Virus record (IMG/VR): IMGVR_UViG_3300025168_000182
Coordinates: 1-42,567 of that record
Strand: one strand, 5' to 3'
DNA length: 42,567 nucleotides
Source of the DNA: a virus
Taxonomy: Duplodnaviria; Caudoviricetes
Made by a program: the position numbers and the translations under genes. Shown here piece by piece: positions 10,701 to 19,103 of the stretch (positions within the stretch are counted from its first letter, which is position 1; each line of letters begins with the position of its first letter). Under the pieces are notes generated by a model. The model did not search any database. It saw only the letters and a list, made by a program, of their open reading frames with translations, and had not been told where the DNA came from.

Positions 10701-13700
10701 AATGTACGAGATCCGGCGACGGTATCAGATGCTGCATGCAGACCGCTCCAATTAATTCCATCATTACTACCAGAAACGCGTGGTGCTTTATGTCGAAAAT
10801 TAGAATTATTGCTTTGCCATCTTAAAAATACTTCAGATATTAACACCGGGTCTTGAAAATCATGATCCCATGTTAAATCAGTACTGGTCTGATAAATGGT
10901 TGCAGCAGATTGTCCAAATCTGTTATTAGAACTGCCCCATCTAACTCTCCAGTCAGTACTATAAGAACTACCAATTGCCCGGTATCCGTAATTAGTACTG
11001 TAATGATGAGATGCAGTTACTCGGCTTGTATTTAATGCAAGTTCTGAAACAGTTCCGTAATCAATTACTTCAGAATCGCTAAATCCAGTAACTGTAAATG
11101 TACTTCCAGTGTGAAATGGTCCAAATGGCTCATCTACGTTTGCTAACAATCTCATACTAACTAATTGATTACGTGACAATGTGTTTGGATATGTTATATT
11201 GATTAACTGATCTGTTTCAGATGATGTGTTTCCATGCAGTATTGTTGTTTCACGAGACGATGTTCCTTGCATAGAACCAGAATTAGTTTTTTCGACTTCA
11301 ACACGTATATTAGAAATTTGTGTCGGTGGTGTATCATTTACTGTAACTAATGCGTTATATACAGATCCAGTTTCAATACCATCAGATGTCAAATTATTTA
11401 AATATACACCAGTAGTATTAGATCCAGTATTAGCAGATGCAGTAAATTTATATGCACCAGGTTCAAATGTCAATCCTCCATACCATGATGATGTAAATGA
11501 TTGAGTAAACAAATTATCAGCATTTAATGCGCGCATACTAGAATCGCTAGATGTTTGTTGACTACCAGTATGAAATTCAAAGTCAAAAGAATGACCTTGT
11601 TTATCAGTTGCCGATACACGTGTTTTGAAATGAGAAATTCCTAATGGTTCAATTACTTTTCCAGTAATTCGTAATCTAACTGCTGCACTTCCACTCCATA
11701 TATCTCCTATCACATCTGCCTGTGTATCTGTTAATGTTGATGTTTCGCCGTATAATATAGTAGTTGTACGTGATGATGTGAATAGACTAGAACTGTATGG
11801 TGGAGCTTCTGCTTCTACTCGTAAATTTTCTATTTCTAATGGTTTACTTGCACTTACTACAAAATATAAGTTTTTAGTTCCATCTGCAGTCTCTCCATTT
11901 TCATTGGCTGGAGTATGAGTAACTTGACTAGAGAAAATTTGGAATTTCCAATAGCTTTCTACATCACCATCGTTACGATAAGAATATTCCAAAGATTCTG
12001 ATATCCATGATGATGTGTAACGACTAACTATACGATGTCGCTCATCAGATCCGGATGTGAATGAATCTAATTGAGCTGATGCCGAATGACTAAATTTAAT
12101 TGTAGTATTAGAAATACCAGATCCTCCACCATTACCACTATTTCCCATATAATATCTTATAGATGATGGGTGATTTAATGGACCTAAAGGTTCTGTAACT
12201 TGAGTTAATATTCGAAAACGTGTCACTGCATGTGGATGATAAATATTAGGTAATCCACTACCAGTCAATCGAGTTAACGTTTCTCCATATAATATCGATC
12301 TAGAAATTGCTCCAGCATTTGCTTCTATGGTATTTTGTACACCAACACCAGATTCACCATACGTTTCTGTTTCTATTTGATAATTAGTAATTTGAGTTAC
12401 ATCAGTATCTTTTACACGTAACTGTACATATGCATTTGAATTTACAGAACTAGATACATTTCCATTTTCACCAGTTGGGGCATGTGATAAAATAGGTTTA
12501 ACATTGTATGTTGTTTGAGAATTATTAGCTGCTGTATATGCATGACCTGTCCATGATGATGTATATGATGTTATTAATCTTTTTTGTGCATCACGTTCTT
12601 GGAATGTTGTAACTGCAGTACTATTACTTACAAATGATAACGATTCTATATTAGTAATTGAGCCTCCATTATGTTGCTGCTTGTTTACAGATGATGGGTT
12701 ATGTGCTGGACCTACCGGTTCAATTATTTTAGCACGTATACGTGTACGAGCAATAGATTGTGATGCAAATGCTGATGCACTTATATGAGCAGCAAAACTA
12801 GATGAATTTACAGTCAATGCTCTATTATAACCATATAACACATGACGAGTTTCTAGAGAAGCAGTACGTCCGGTTTGATTTAAAGTATTTGAAGCACTAA
12901 ATCCAAAATTTTCAATTTCCAAAATTAAATCTGTTACTTGAGTTGGTGCAGTATCAAACACTTGGCATATTGCATTATCAAATGTCCCTTCTCCTGACAA
13001 TCCATTTTCGTTAGAAATTCCAATTTGCTGAGTTGCTCCGGTCTTTGGCTCAAATACAAAGGATTCATTACCATTATAATTTCCGGCATTTAATGTCAAT
13101 GATCGGCCAATCCATGATGATGTATAGGCTACAACAAATTCACTAGCAGCGTTATAATTAGATGAACTTAATTCAAAATTTGGTGATCCAGTATTAGCAG
13201 ATAATGTAGACATATCACCATTCCATGTTGGTGTAACTTGCACTATAGCATGTGCTGGTCCTATAGGTTCTATTACTTTAAATTTTACTCTACCTCGCGA
13301 TACCGAATGGGATGCGTAAATTGATGACGATGGATGTCCATGGAAACTAGATGAATCTGCTAATGTATGATGGTCATCGCCATATAATACTGTACGCATA
13401 GCTGAATGAGATCCAGAACTATCTGCTCCAGAACCACTATGACCATATTCTTCAATTTCAAATTTAAAGTCAGTTATTTGAGTTGCCGCAGTATCTGTCA
13501 CTGTTACTACCGAATTCAATATTGAAGATGTATGAAATCCGCTATTATCAATTGGTGTATGTATAATACTACCAGATGAATATGACCATTCTGTACTTGA
13601 ATTAGCTGCTACAGGTAATGCTTGCCCAATCCATGATGATGTATATGTACCTACAAATCTATGCTGGTCATCATATAAAAGACTAGAAGAATATACATGA

Positions 13701-16060
13701 GCTGAACTAGCACTAAAAAATATTTTAGAGCTTATATTTACCTGACCAGGAGCTGTCCATATTTTTTCAAATAAAGAACCTGTATGATGTGGTCCAAATG
13801 GTTCAATAATTTTAGCACGAATTCGGAATTGTGATACTGATTGTGATGCAAATAACGATGCACTTGGATGTGTAACAAAGCTCGATGAATTTGCAACCGT
13901 TGTACGATTAATTCCAAATAATACTTTACGTGTAGTTGCAAATGAAACAGAACCACTATATCCAGATTCTTCTGTTTCATATGATATATTACTAATTTGA
14001 GTAGGCGGTGTATTACTTACTGTTACTTCTGCATTCGTTGCTGCATCAACAGTTTGTCCGGCATTTGTATTTGTATTAAATGTTGGAGAAAATACGTACT
14101 TTCCTGGATTAAATTTAAATTCGTGCCATGAAGATGTATATCGTCCAACTAATCGATTTTGCGAATCATATGCAATTGTTGCAGATGATGTTTGAATTGA
14201 TCCAGTATGGAATGCAAATGTATGAGAATGGCCACCTACATCAGATGAAATAATAGATGTGACATTTGTATGATGTGGACCGAATGGTTCAATAATTTTA
14301 GCACGTAAACGTAATCTTATAATAGATGCACTTATATATTCTGCAGATTTTGTAAATCCTTCTAAACTAGATGTTTCTGATGATAAAAATGTTTGAGTAT
14401 GTCCATATAATATACTTGCACTTCGTTGATTGCTTCCAGTTGTAGTTAAAAATGATCCACTTTCTACCTCAACAACAATATCTGAAATTTGTACGTTAGG
14501 TACGGCATTAATAGTTAATACGCTATTTGGGTTACCAGATTGCATTTTAAAGTGATCATGATCACCATGTTCTATATAATTTACATTATCTAATTTATCA
14601 GAAGCGATGCCAAAATGAGTTGTTTGTGGTCCAAAAATAAATGGAGTAAATCCAAAGCTTTGTGTAACTGTTTGGATGGATGAGTCTATTGTTGTTGCAT
14701 ATCTGGATGCGGTATTTTGACTTCCACTAAATCTAAAATATTTAAATGTTTCATCTCCAGAATTGACAGAGGCATTACTACTACTCATAATTCTTACAGT
14801 AGTAAAATGTGTTCCGTCCGCAGAATATCCGGCCGGTTCATCTATTTTTCCTATAACTGAAACACGTATTAATGATGATGTATACATTGATGCGCTTACA
14901 TGGCTATGAAAACTTGATGTATTTTCTAATGTAGTTAAATTATCATATAATATAGTTGTTTCATAATTATTAACGCCAATTCCAGTAAATGATCCAGATT
15001 CTACTTGCAGTTGCATATTATGAATACTAGCTGTAGTTGGTGGAACAATATCAACGTCAATTAATGCACTAGATGAATTAGTTTTTAAATTATTATCTTG
15101 AAGATATACTTCAAATTGTTCTGCATACGTTTTTACTGTATCTGCCTGCGTTTGACGTAAAGTATTGACCACATTAAAATTGCTAATACTAGCAGTAAAC
15201 ACTAATGACTCACTTGGCATTGCAGTAGCCTTAGGCCCCAAAGTGCCGGTATCTGGATCTATCGATCCTGATGCTATAAATTTAACATTACCAGTTGGAT
15301 CAATTGAATGATGTTTTATTAACAATGAATAACTAGCGCTATCCGCGGTCACTGTAATTGGATCTTCTGTCAATCTACTAGCAGAATATATTCTAATAAA
15401 ATCATTTTCATTTACGTCTTCCGAACCAGTTAATCTAAAAATACGAGTGGCTGTATTTTCATCATGCCCAAACGTTATAGTAGCTGTATTTGCAACTTCT
15501 ATTTCTGGTGCGACATTTACAAATCCTTTAATAAAAATAGTAGTATAAACTAGTTCTGTTGCATCAGTACTTCCAGTATCAGATGCGTATACAAGATATC
15601 TATGCACACCAGGAGCTAAATCGTTTGTAAATGGCTGCAATCCATCTGGATCTCCTGCACCTGGAGTATTATCTGTTGCAGTATATGAACTTAATCCAGA
15701 AGATTGTAATTCTTTAAATGTATCAGTAATTTTTATAAATGAATAATAATTTGGCGTAAATGCCGCAGAATGTGTAGTTTGTATAAGTACAGGATATGCT
15801 GTTGCAGCTGCTTGGCCGGAACTTAATATAATAATTTGATCGCCGGAAGTAGGAGGTGATCCGGATATAGCAGAACCTGTACCTGCAAATAATTGTGCTT
15901 GCGCAATTCCAGTAAGTGCGCTACCATCTCCAGTAAATGATGGTGCAATAATATTACCAGTAGCTGTTATTGACTGTGATACTTCTAATCCACTTTTAAA
16001 TACAGCTGTAGATCCTGATTGCACAAATAAACTACTAGTATAACGATGTTCGCCTGCCAT
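7730..16060 (-). CDS. Giant virion/tail protein with 8 tandem ~165-185 aa repeats and an inserted discoidin-like domain
   Basis: 2776 aa; repeat consensus TQIxxxxxExE..ILYG..RxRAKIIEPxGPxH..YTSSW; VSGSNDGINW..KYRWYRI discoidin motif. Confidence 0.8.
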   Translation of the reverse strand: MAGEHRYTSSLFVQSGSTAVFKSGLEVSQSITATGNIIAPSFTGDGSALTGIAQAQLFAGTGSAISGSPPTSGDQIIILSSGQAAATAYPVLIQTTHSAAFTPNYYSFIKITDTFKELQSSGLSSYTATDNTPGAGDPDGLQPFTNDLAPGVHRYLVYASDTGSTDATELVYTTIFIKGFVNVAPEIEVANTATITFGHDENTATRIFRLTGSEDVNENDFIRIYSASRLTEDPITVTADSASYSLLIKHHSIDPTGNVKFIASGSIDPDTGTLGPKATAMPSESLVFTASISNFNVVNTLRQTQADTVKTYAEQFEVYLQDNNLKTNSSSALIDVDIVPPTTASIHNMQLQVESGSFTGIGVNNYETTILYDNLTTLENTSSFHSHVSASMYTSSLIRVSVIGKIDEPAGYSADGTHFTTVRIMSSSNASVNSGDETFKYFRFSGSQNTASRYATTIDSSIQTVTQSFGFTPFIFGPQTTHFGIASDKLDNVNYIEHGDHDHFKMQSGNPNSVLTINAVPNVQISDIVVEVESGSFLTTTGSNQRSASILYGHTQTFLSSETSSLEGFTKSAEYISASIIRLRLRAKIIEPFGPHHTNVTSIISSDVGGHSHTFAFHTGSIQTSSATIAYDSQNRLVGRYTSSWHEFKFNPGKYVFSPTFNTNTNAGQTVDAATNAEVTVSNTPPTQISNISYETEESGYSGSVSFATTRKVLFGINRTTVANSSSFVTHPSASLFASQSVSQFRIRAKIIEPFGPHHTGSLFEKIWTAPGQVNISSKIFFSASSAHVYSSSLLYDDQHRFVGTYTSSWIGQALPVAANSSTEWSYSSGSIIHTPIDNSGFHTSSILNSVVTVTDTAATQITDFKFEIEEYGHSGSGADSSGSHSAMRTVLYGDDHHTLADSSSFHGHPSSSIYASHSVSRGRVKFKVIEPIGPAHAIVQVTPTWNGDMSTLSANTGSPNFELSSSNYNAASEFVVAYTSSWIGRSLTLNAGNYNGNESFVFEPKTGATQQIGISNENGLSGEGTFDNAICQVFDTAPTQVTDLILEIENFGFSASNTLNQTGRTASLETRHVLYGYNRALTVNSSSFAAHISASAFASQSIARTRIRAKIIEPVGPAHNPSSVNKQQHNGGSITNIESLSFVSNSTAVTTFQERDAQKRLITSYTSSWTGHAYTAANNSQTTYNVKPILSHAPTGENGNVSSSVNSNAYVQLRVKDTDVTQITNYQIETETYGESGVGVQNTIEANAGAISRSILYGETLTRLTGSGLPNIYHPHAVTRFRILTQVTEPLGPLNHPSSIRYYMGNSGNGGGSGISNTTIKFSHSASAQLDSFTSGSDERHRIVSRYTSSWISESLEYSYRNDGDVESYWKFQIFSSQVTHTPANENGETADGTKNLYFVVSASKPLEIENLRVEAEAPPYSSSLFTSSRTTTILYGETSTLTDTQADVIGDIWSGSAAVRLRITGKVIEPLGISHFKTRVSATDKQGHSFDFEFHTGSQQTSSDSSMRALNADNLFTQSFTSSWYGGLTFEPGAYKFTASANTGSNTTGVYLNNLTSDGIETGSVYNALVTVNDTPPTQISNIRVEVEKTNSGSMQGTSSRETTILHGNTSSETDQLINITYPNTLSRNQLVSMRLLANVDEPFGPFHTGSTFTVTGFSDSEVIDYGTVSELALNTSRVTASHHYSTNYGYRAIGSSYSTDWRVRWGSSNNRFGQSAATIYQTSTDLTWDHDFQDPVLISEVFLRWQSNNSNFRHKAPRVSGSNDGINWSGLHAASDTVAGSRTLAFANANKYRWYRIFLKRSLWGTSANNNNEYAGIERVRMYTPNLTEGSGSFIFNMHTGSSQISSSVTSSWYITNGSQSTAYTSSFVPIELTNSAKTDIVFSISASVVSHSFKSSVISFSELASASITAHPPLTASIIVLPNSSSDDTDFSHSIDLPSYVTYNANNDIEIDLVSGISSSMITFTSESHVRFPNHVEIFYDTNNNSELSFSPIKSTVFADRTSSLTIASSDINNFTKVEHFTVNITASGQLSGNGSSSRSDESYTFAVVPTRPQSMQDKYWGSSTATSHDTDSNSFTSTGISFTPINSNPRRMYKASLPTGLYSYKSGHAAGTDVTNVIMTKQSHTGSTNYSMSFTPFVYDVTGDYSDTDRLFNFGDTGSLIVKINGSEVINYNLSTEFETSDKAGEQNISGNYTGGGTASFGSPYAGKGRLIITTVQPFNNVSQSIQNGPLYHSNGYQGWSARIEIDNKLAHGYNNLEFSHSIDTNVTQSWKPFDWYYDDGILGEPTTSMIGSPTLSYDVINSEPTFSLSGVSFFQQGADFLVSLKNRIRNIAHSTYRHTINTSDPVFRTSHAHGGALTLASASVTSTTLDHTIHTVASANGLQFDGFDFNIAPSSSMSASINNLKINATSVTNESNLSGEIYQLAFQSYKRDLSGNDSWNLDTSIARLPIGRFINTSSITDTFEIISPDSTEQFEEFFAESFRWNSSSIEMSASFNFNKDAGVNYGTSTNTVGGQAGFANNLKGYLDFWLLGHLSQSIVNSALHSDIDIGPDFTSTDTLSGTSELQVHYDGRLAYPSINYTDINYVDENNNEVLYTVVNPNAPDYSSLSGDRYFYRAFNTGGGQQFYVTLYTPGTGTTPDAVLGVQESDFKITADDVSDSGIGIDDRDLRIDIRTPGPITNVTSTSNAKPGINWQNACMEKDAGNFHLESAGAFTQVRSYSHGSGIVGGYRIRIDMGSFNPSAAGGVMLMRIRMKSEFDKVITGIGIEPV

Positions 16061-19000
16061 TATATATTTTCCGGATTAATTATCACAGTTGTTGCTGCTA
16101 TTTCAGTTCGCAATGAGGCAGTACTCATTGCTACTAATAAATATTGATGTACCCCTGTACCTAGAGTTTGTGTCAATGAATTAACTGAGACTAATCCATT
16201 TTGAGTTCCTACATAATCTGACACTTCTTCATAGCCACCTTCGGTCATTTTTAAAAATGTATAATGATTAGGAATACCTGATGATGCAGATGTTGATAAT
16301 AATATTTCATGTGATCTAAAAGGTTCATCGCGATTTGTGGTTTTACTTCCAGTTACCCATGGAGCAAATACTGGTATTCCTTCTTCAATTGATGCAGAGC
16401 CAATAAACAAATTAAATCCAGTATCTCCTGGGATGGATAAATTTGATCCATCTCCAATTAATTTTGTCGCAGTAATTGCATGTGAACTATTTATACTACC
16501 ATTAATATTTATTCCATTTTTAAATACGGCAACTGATCCAGATTGAGTAAATAAAGAACTTGTAATATTGTGTTCTGCAATGAATACAAATGGAAATGGT
16601 GTGGTTGGAATATAATCTGCAGTATATCCAACTATTGGCGCACCTCCTTGCAAACTATGTTGATCAACCCAATTGCTAGAAGAAGGTGTATCTGATACCG
16701 AGCCAGTATAAAAATGAAGACCAGATTGTGTACCTACCGAACCTGTTAAATATGCTCTTACATCATGATATGACCATCCTCGGTTATATTGCATTATAGT
16801 TGCTAACCACCCAGTTGCAACTGGGGTCGCGGCACTTGTTCCATCGAAATGCCGATCCATAGATTTAGTAGCAAATCCTGTATAACTTGAATCTGATCTA
16901 GAAACTGGTATTAGGGTGGATGTTCGCAAAGGACTTAGTATGCCAAAACCAGTTTTTGTCATATCTTGGCAGCATGCTGCCAATGTTGCATCAGCTGGCA
17001 TGTATAAATCTACTCCAGGTCCTTTACCGCTATAGATTGCAACTCTTTCTTTACCAATTGATCCAGTAGTATAAAATCCTAAGTTTCCATAACTTGGTGT
17101 TTTGGGTGAATTTGGGTTGCGTGTTTTTAGTCCATTAAATGGTGGAATTGCACCTGATATTGGATATCTAGCATTTGCTAAACTAAAACTACCAGTTTGT
17201 AATTCATTATCAAGGGCTCCAACTGTAATGCAAGGATATTTTACATCTTGCATACTATGAGATGTCCTTAACGCATAATTTCCATATTGATTTACGCCGG
17301 CATGTGCAGGAAATCCTCGTCGATTAATTGATGGTAGGATATCCAATAGATGGGTACCTGACTCATAACCAAATCTATCTCCATATGGATCATCTGAAGA
17401 TGCTGATTCTTGACTTACTGAATATCTATTATCAAAATTTGAGTCTTCAGGTCTAAAAATATGTTGATGTTGATTTCCATTGGCAGAACAAAGAAATATT
17501 GGACCAGGTTGAACGTTGCCATCTGTATCTGTATACTCTTTTAACATTTCATCACTTGCCACGGTAAATTCGGTAGGAAAGAATTCTACGCAATACTTGA
17601 ACATTGAGCTTAATGCAAAACGTGGAAATGTATTTTGTACACTTATTTGATTACTAGGATCAATTCCACCACTAACAATATTTTGAAATCGAAAATGTGA
17701 TGCAGATGTTGCATTCATTGCTAGATTATTTGATAATGGGCTAAATCTAGTAGATTTTAAACTCCAACTATTTGATAAAAGAGTAGGATTTTTTGTTCCA
17801 AATTTTATATTTTTAGGTTTAAATTGATGAAATATTCGTATCATGTCGGCAAATATTACTTGACTGGAGGGTTGCCATCCACCTCCAAATGCATCAAGAG
17901 CTCTTTTACCGTGTAAATTTATAGTCCACTTATTAGAATTGTATGCCCAACCTTGAGTTCTACCATATGCTAATGCAGCACATGGTGTTCCGTGTGTAGC
18001 ATTATCATGAAGAGGAATTTTTTGACTACCGTAGGCTGCTTCTCTTTTATAGTTGACCAATCTTTGTAATATACCTAATGACGCAGAAAATGGAAATTGA
18101 GAACTACGCCGGCCGGTATCAGTATTCATGGATACTAAGTCGCCAGCAGGAATTCCTCTACCCCACCAATTTTGAGCTACTGACTCAACAGGAACTCTAG
18201 TGCCATCAAATCTAGTTGTTAATCTAGTACTAGGTTTTGCATTAAAAAAATCTGGATCTAAATAATATGGGCCATCTAAAACAATATCTAATATATCAGA
18301 ATATCCACTTCCAGAATAAATATTGGTATCTCTTAATGCATTACCTCCAATATAATCTATAGGATTCACTGCATTTGTAACTCCGGTATTAATAAATTCA
18401 GTATGGCCGGCCCATACGCCCCCATCTACAATAATTACATCTACATCTTCTCCAGCGCCTTTTTGTTTTTGTCGCGACGTAATTGGTTCATTAAAATCTG
18501 TATTTGATTCAATCCATGGATTAATTTTATGCATCGGTCTTTTAAGCTGCCATGTTGCTTGATTGGTTGATGTTCCAGTTAAATTAATAAACGACGATGA
18601 ATTTGGTATAAAAAGGCCATCTTTACCATGTTGTACAGTATAGGTGTCTCCATCAAAATCAAAATCTTGTAGCGCTGTAACTGTAAGGTTAATCTTGTAA
18701 TTTGACTCAAATACTCTTTGATAGTTTTTTATTGGTAAGTCATATCTATTTTTTAAAGTAGCTGTTGTACCATCTAGAATGGGACCAGTTTCTTCTATTT
18801 GTTCTGGAGTTCGTTCCCATGAACTAGTTTCTTCTGCTGTCGTTGTTTGCACTCTATACGATTCATGCATATATACAATTCTTGGATCTGCTCTTAACGA
18901 CGCTGCCTCTTCATCTGTTAATTGAAATTCTCCTCTAGTTCCGCTGTATTTTATGTCAAGTTTTTGTTCAATTTGCCGAGCGGGTTCTTGTAATGTTTTT

Positions 19001-19098
19001 GCTGTAGGTTTAGAATCGGCCGCGGATGTAAGAGAATTTTTTAATTCGCGGTATTGAGCTGGAGTATGTGTTCCTAATGCATAAGTTTTTATTGACAT
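16060..19098 (-). CDS. Subtilisin-family (S8) serine protease with C-terminal virion-type module
   Basis: Catalytic triad motifs in S8 order: DVIIVDGG (Asp), HGTPCAALAYG (His), FDGTSAATPVATG (Ser); N-terminus resembles an I9-type prodomain (LRADPRIVYMH). Confidence 0.85.
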   Translation of the reverse strand: MSIKTYALGTHTPAQYRELKNSLTSAADSKPTAKTLQEPARQIEQKLDIKYSGTRGEFQLTDEEAASLRADPRIVYMHESYRVQTTTAEETSSWERTPEQIEETGPILDGTTATLKNRYDLPIKNYQRVFESNYKINLTVTALQDFDFDGDTYTVQHGKDGLFIPNSSSFINLTGTSTNQATWQLKRPMHKINPWIESNTDFNEPITSRQKQKGAGEDVDVIIVDGGVWAGHTEFINTGVTNAVNPIDYIGGNALRDTNIYSGSGYSDILDIVLDGPYYLDPDFFNAKPSTRLTTRFDGTRVPVESVAQNWWGRGIPAGDLVSMNTDTGRRSSQFPFSASLGILQRLVNYKREAAYGSQKIPLHDNATHGTPCAALAYGRTQGWAYNSNKWTINLHGKRALDAFGGGWQPSSQVIFADMIRIFHQFKPKNIKFGTKNPTLLSNSWSLKSTRFSPLSNNLAMNATSASHFRFQNIVSGGIDPSNQISVQNTFPRFALSSMFKYCVEFFPTEFTVASDEMLKEYTDTDGNVQPGPIFLCSANGNQHQHIFRPEDSNFDNRYSVSQESASSDDPYGDRFGYESGTHLLDILPSINRRGFPAHAGVNQYGNYALRTSHSMQDVKYPCITVGALDNELQTGSFSLANARYPISGAIPPFNGLKTRNPNSPKTPSYGNLGFYTTGSIGKERVAIYSGKGPGVDLYMPADATLAACCQDMTKTGFGILSPLRTSTLIPVSRSDSSYTGFATKSMDRHFDGTSAATPVATGWLATIMQYNRGWSYHDVRAYLTGSVGTQSGLHFYTGSVSDTPSSSNWVDQHSLQGGAPIVGYTADYIPTTPFPFVFIAEHNITSSLFTQSGSVAVFKNGININGSINSSHAITATKLIGDGSNLSIPGDTGFNLFIGSASIEEGIPVFAPWVTGSKTTNRDEPFRSHEILLSTSASSGIPNHYTFLKMTEGGYEEVSDYVGTQNGLVSVNSLTQTLGTGVHQYLLVAMSTASLRTEIAATTVIINPENI

Positions 19099-19103
19099 AC
19101 ATC

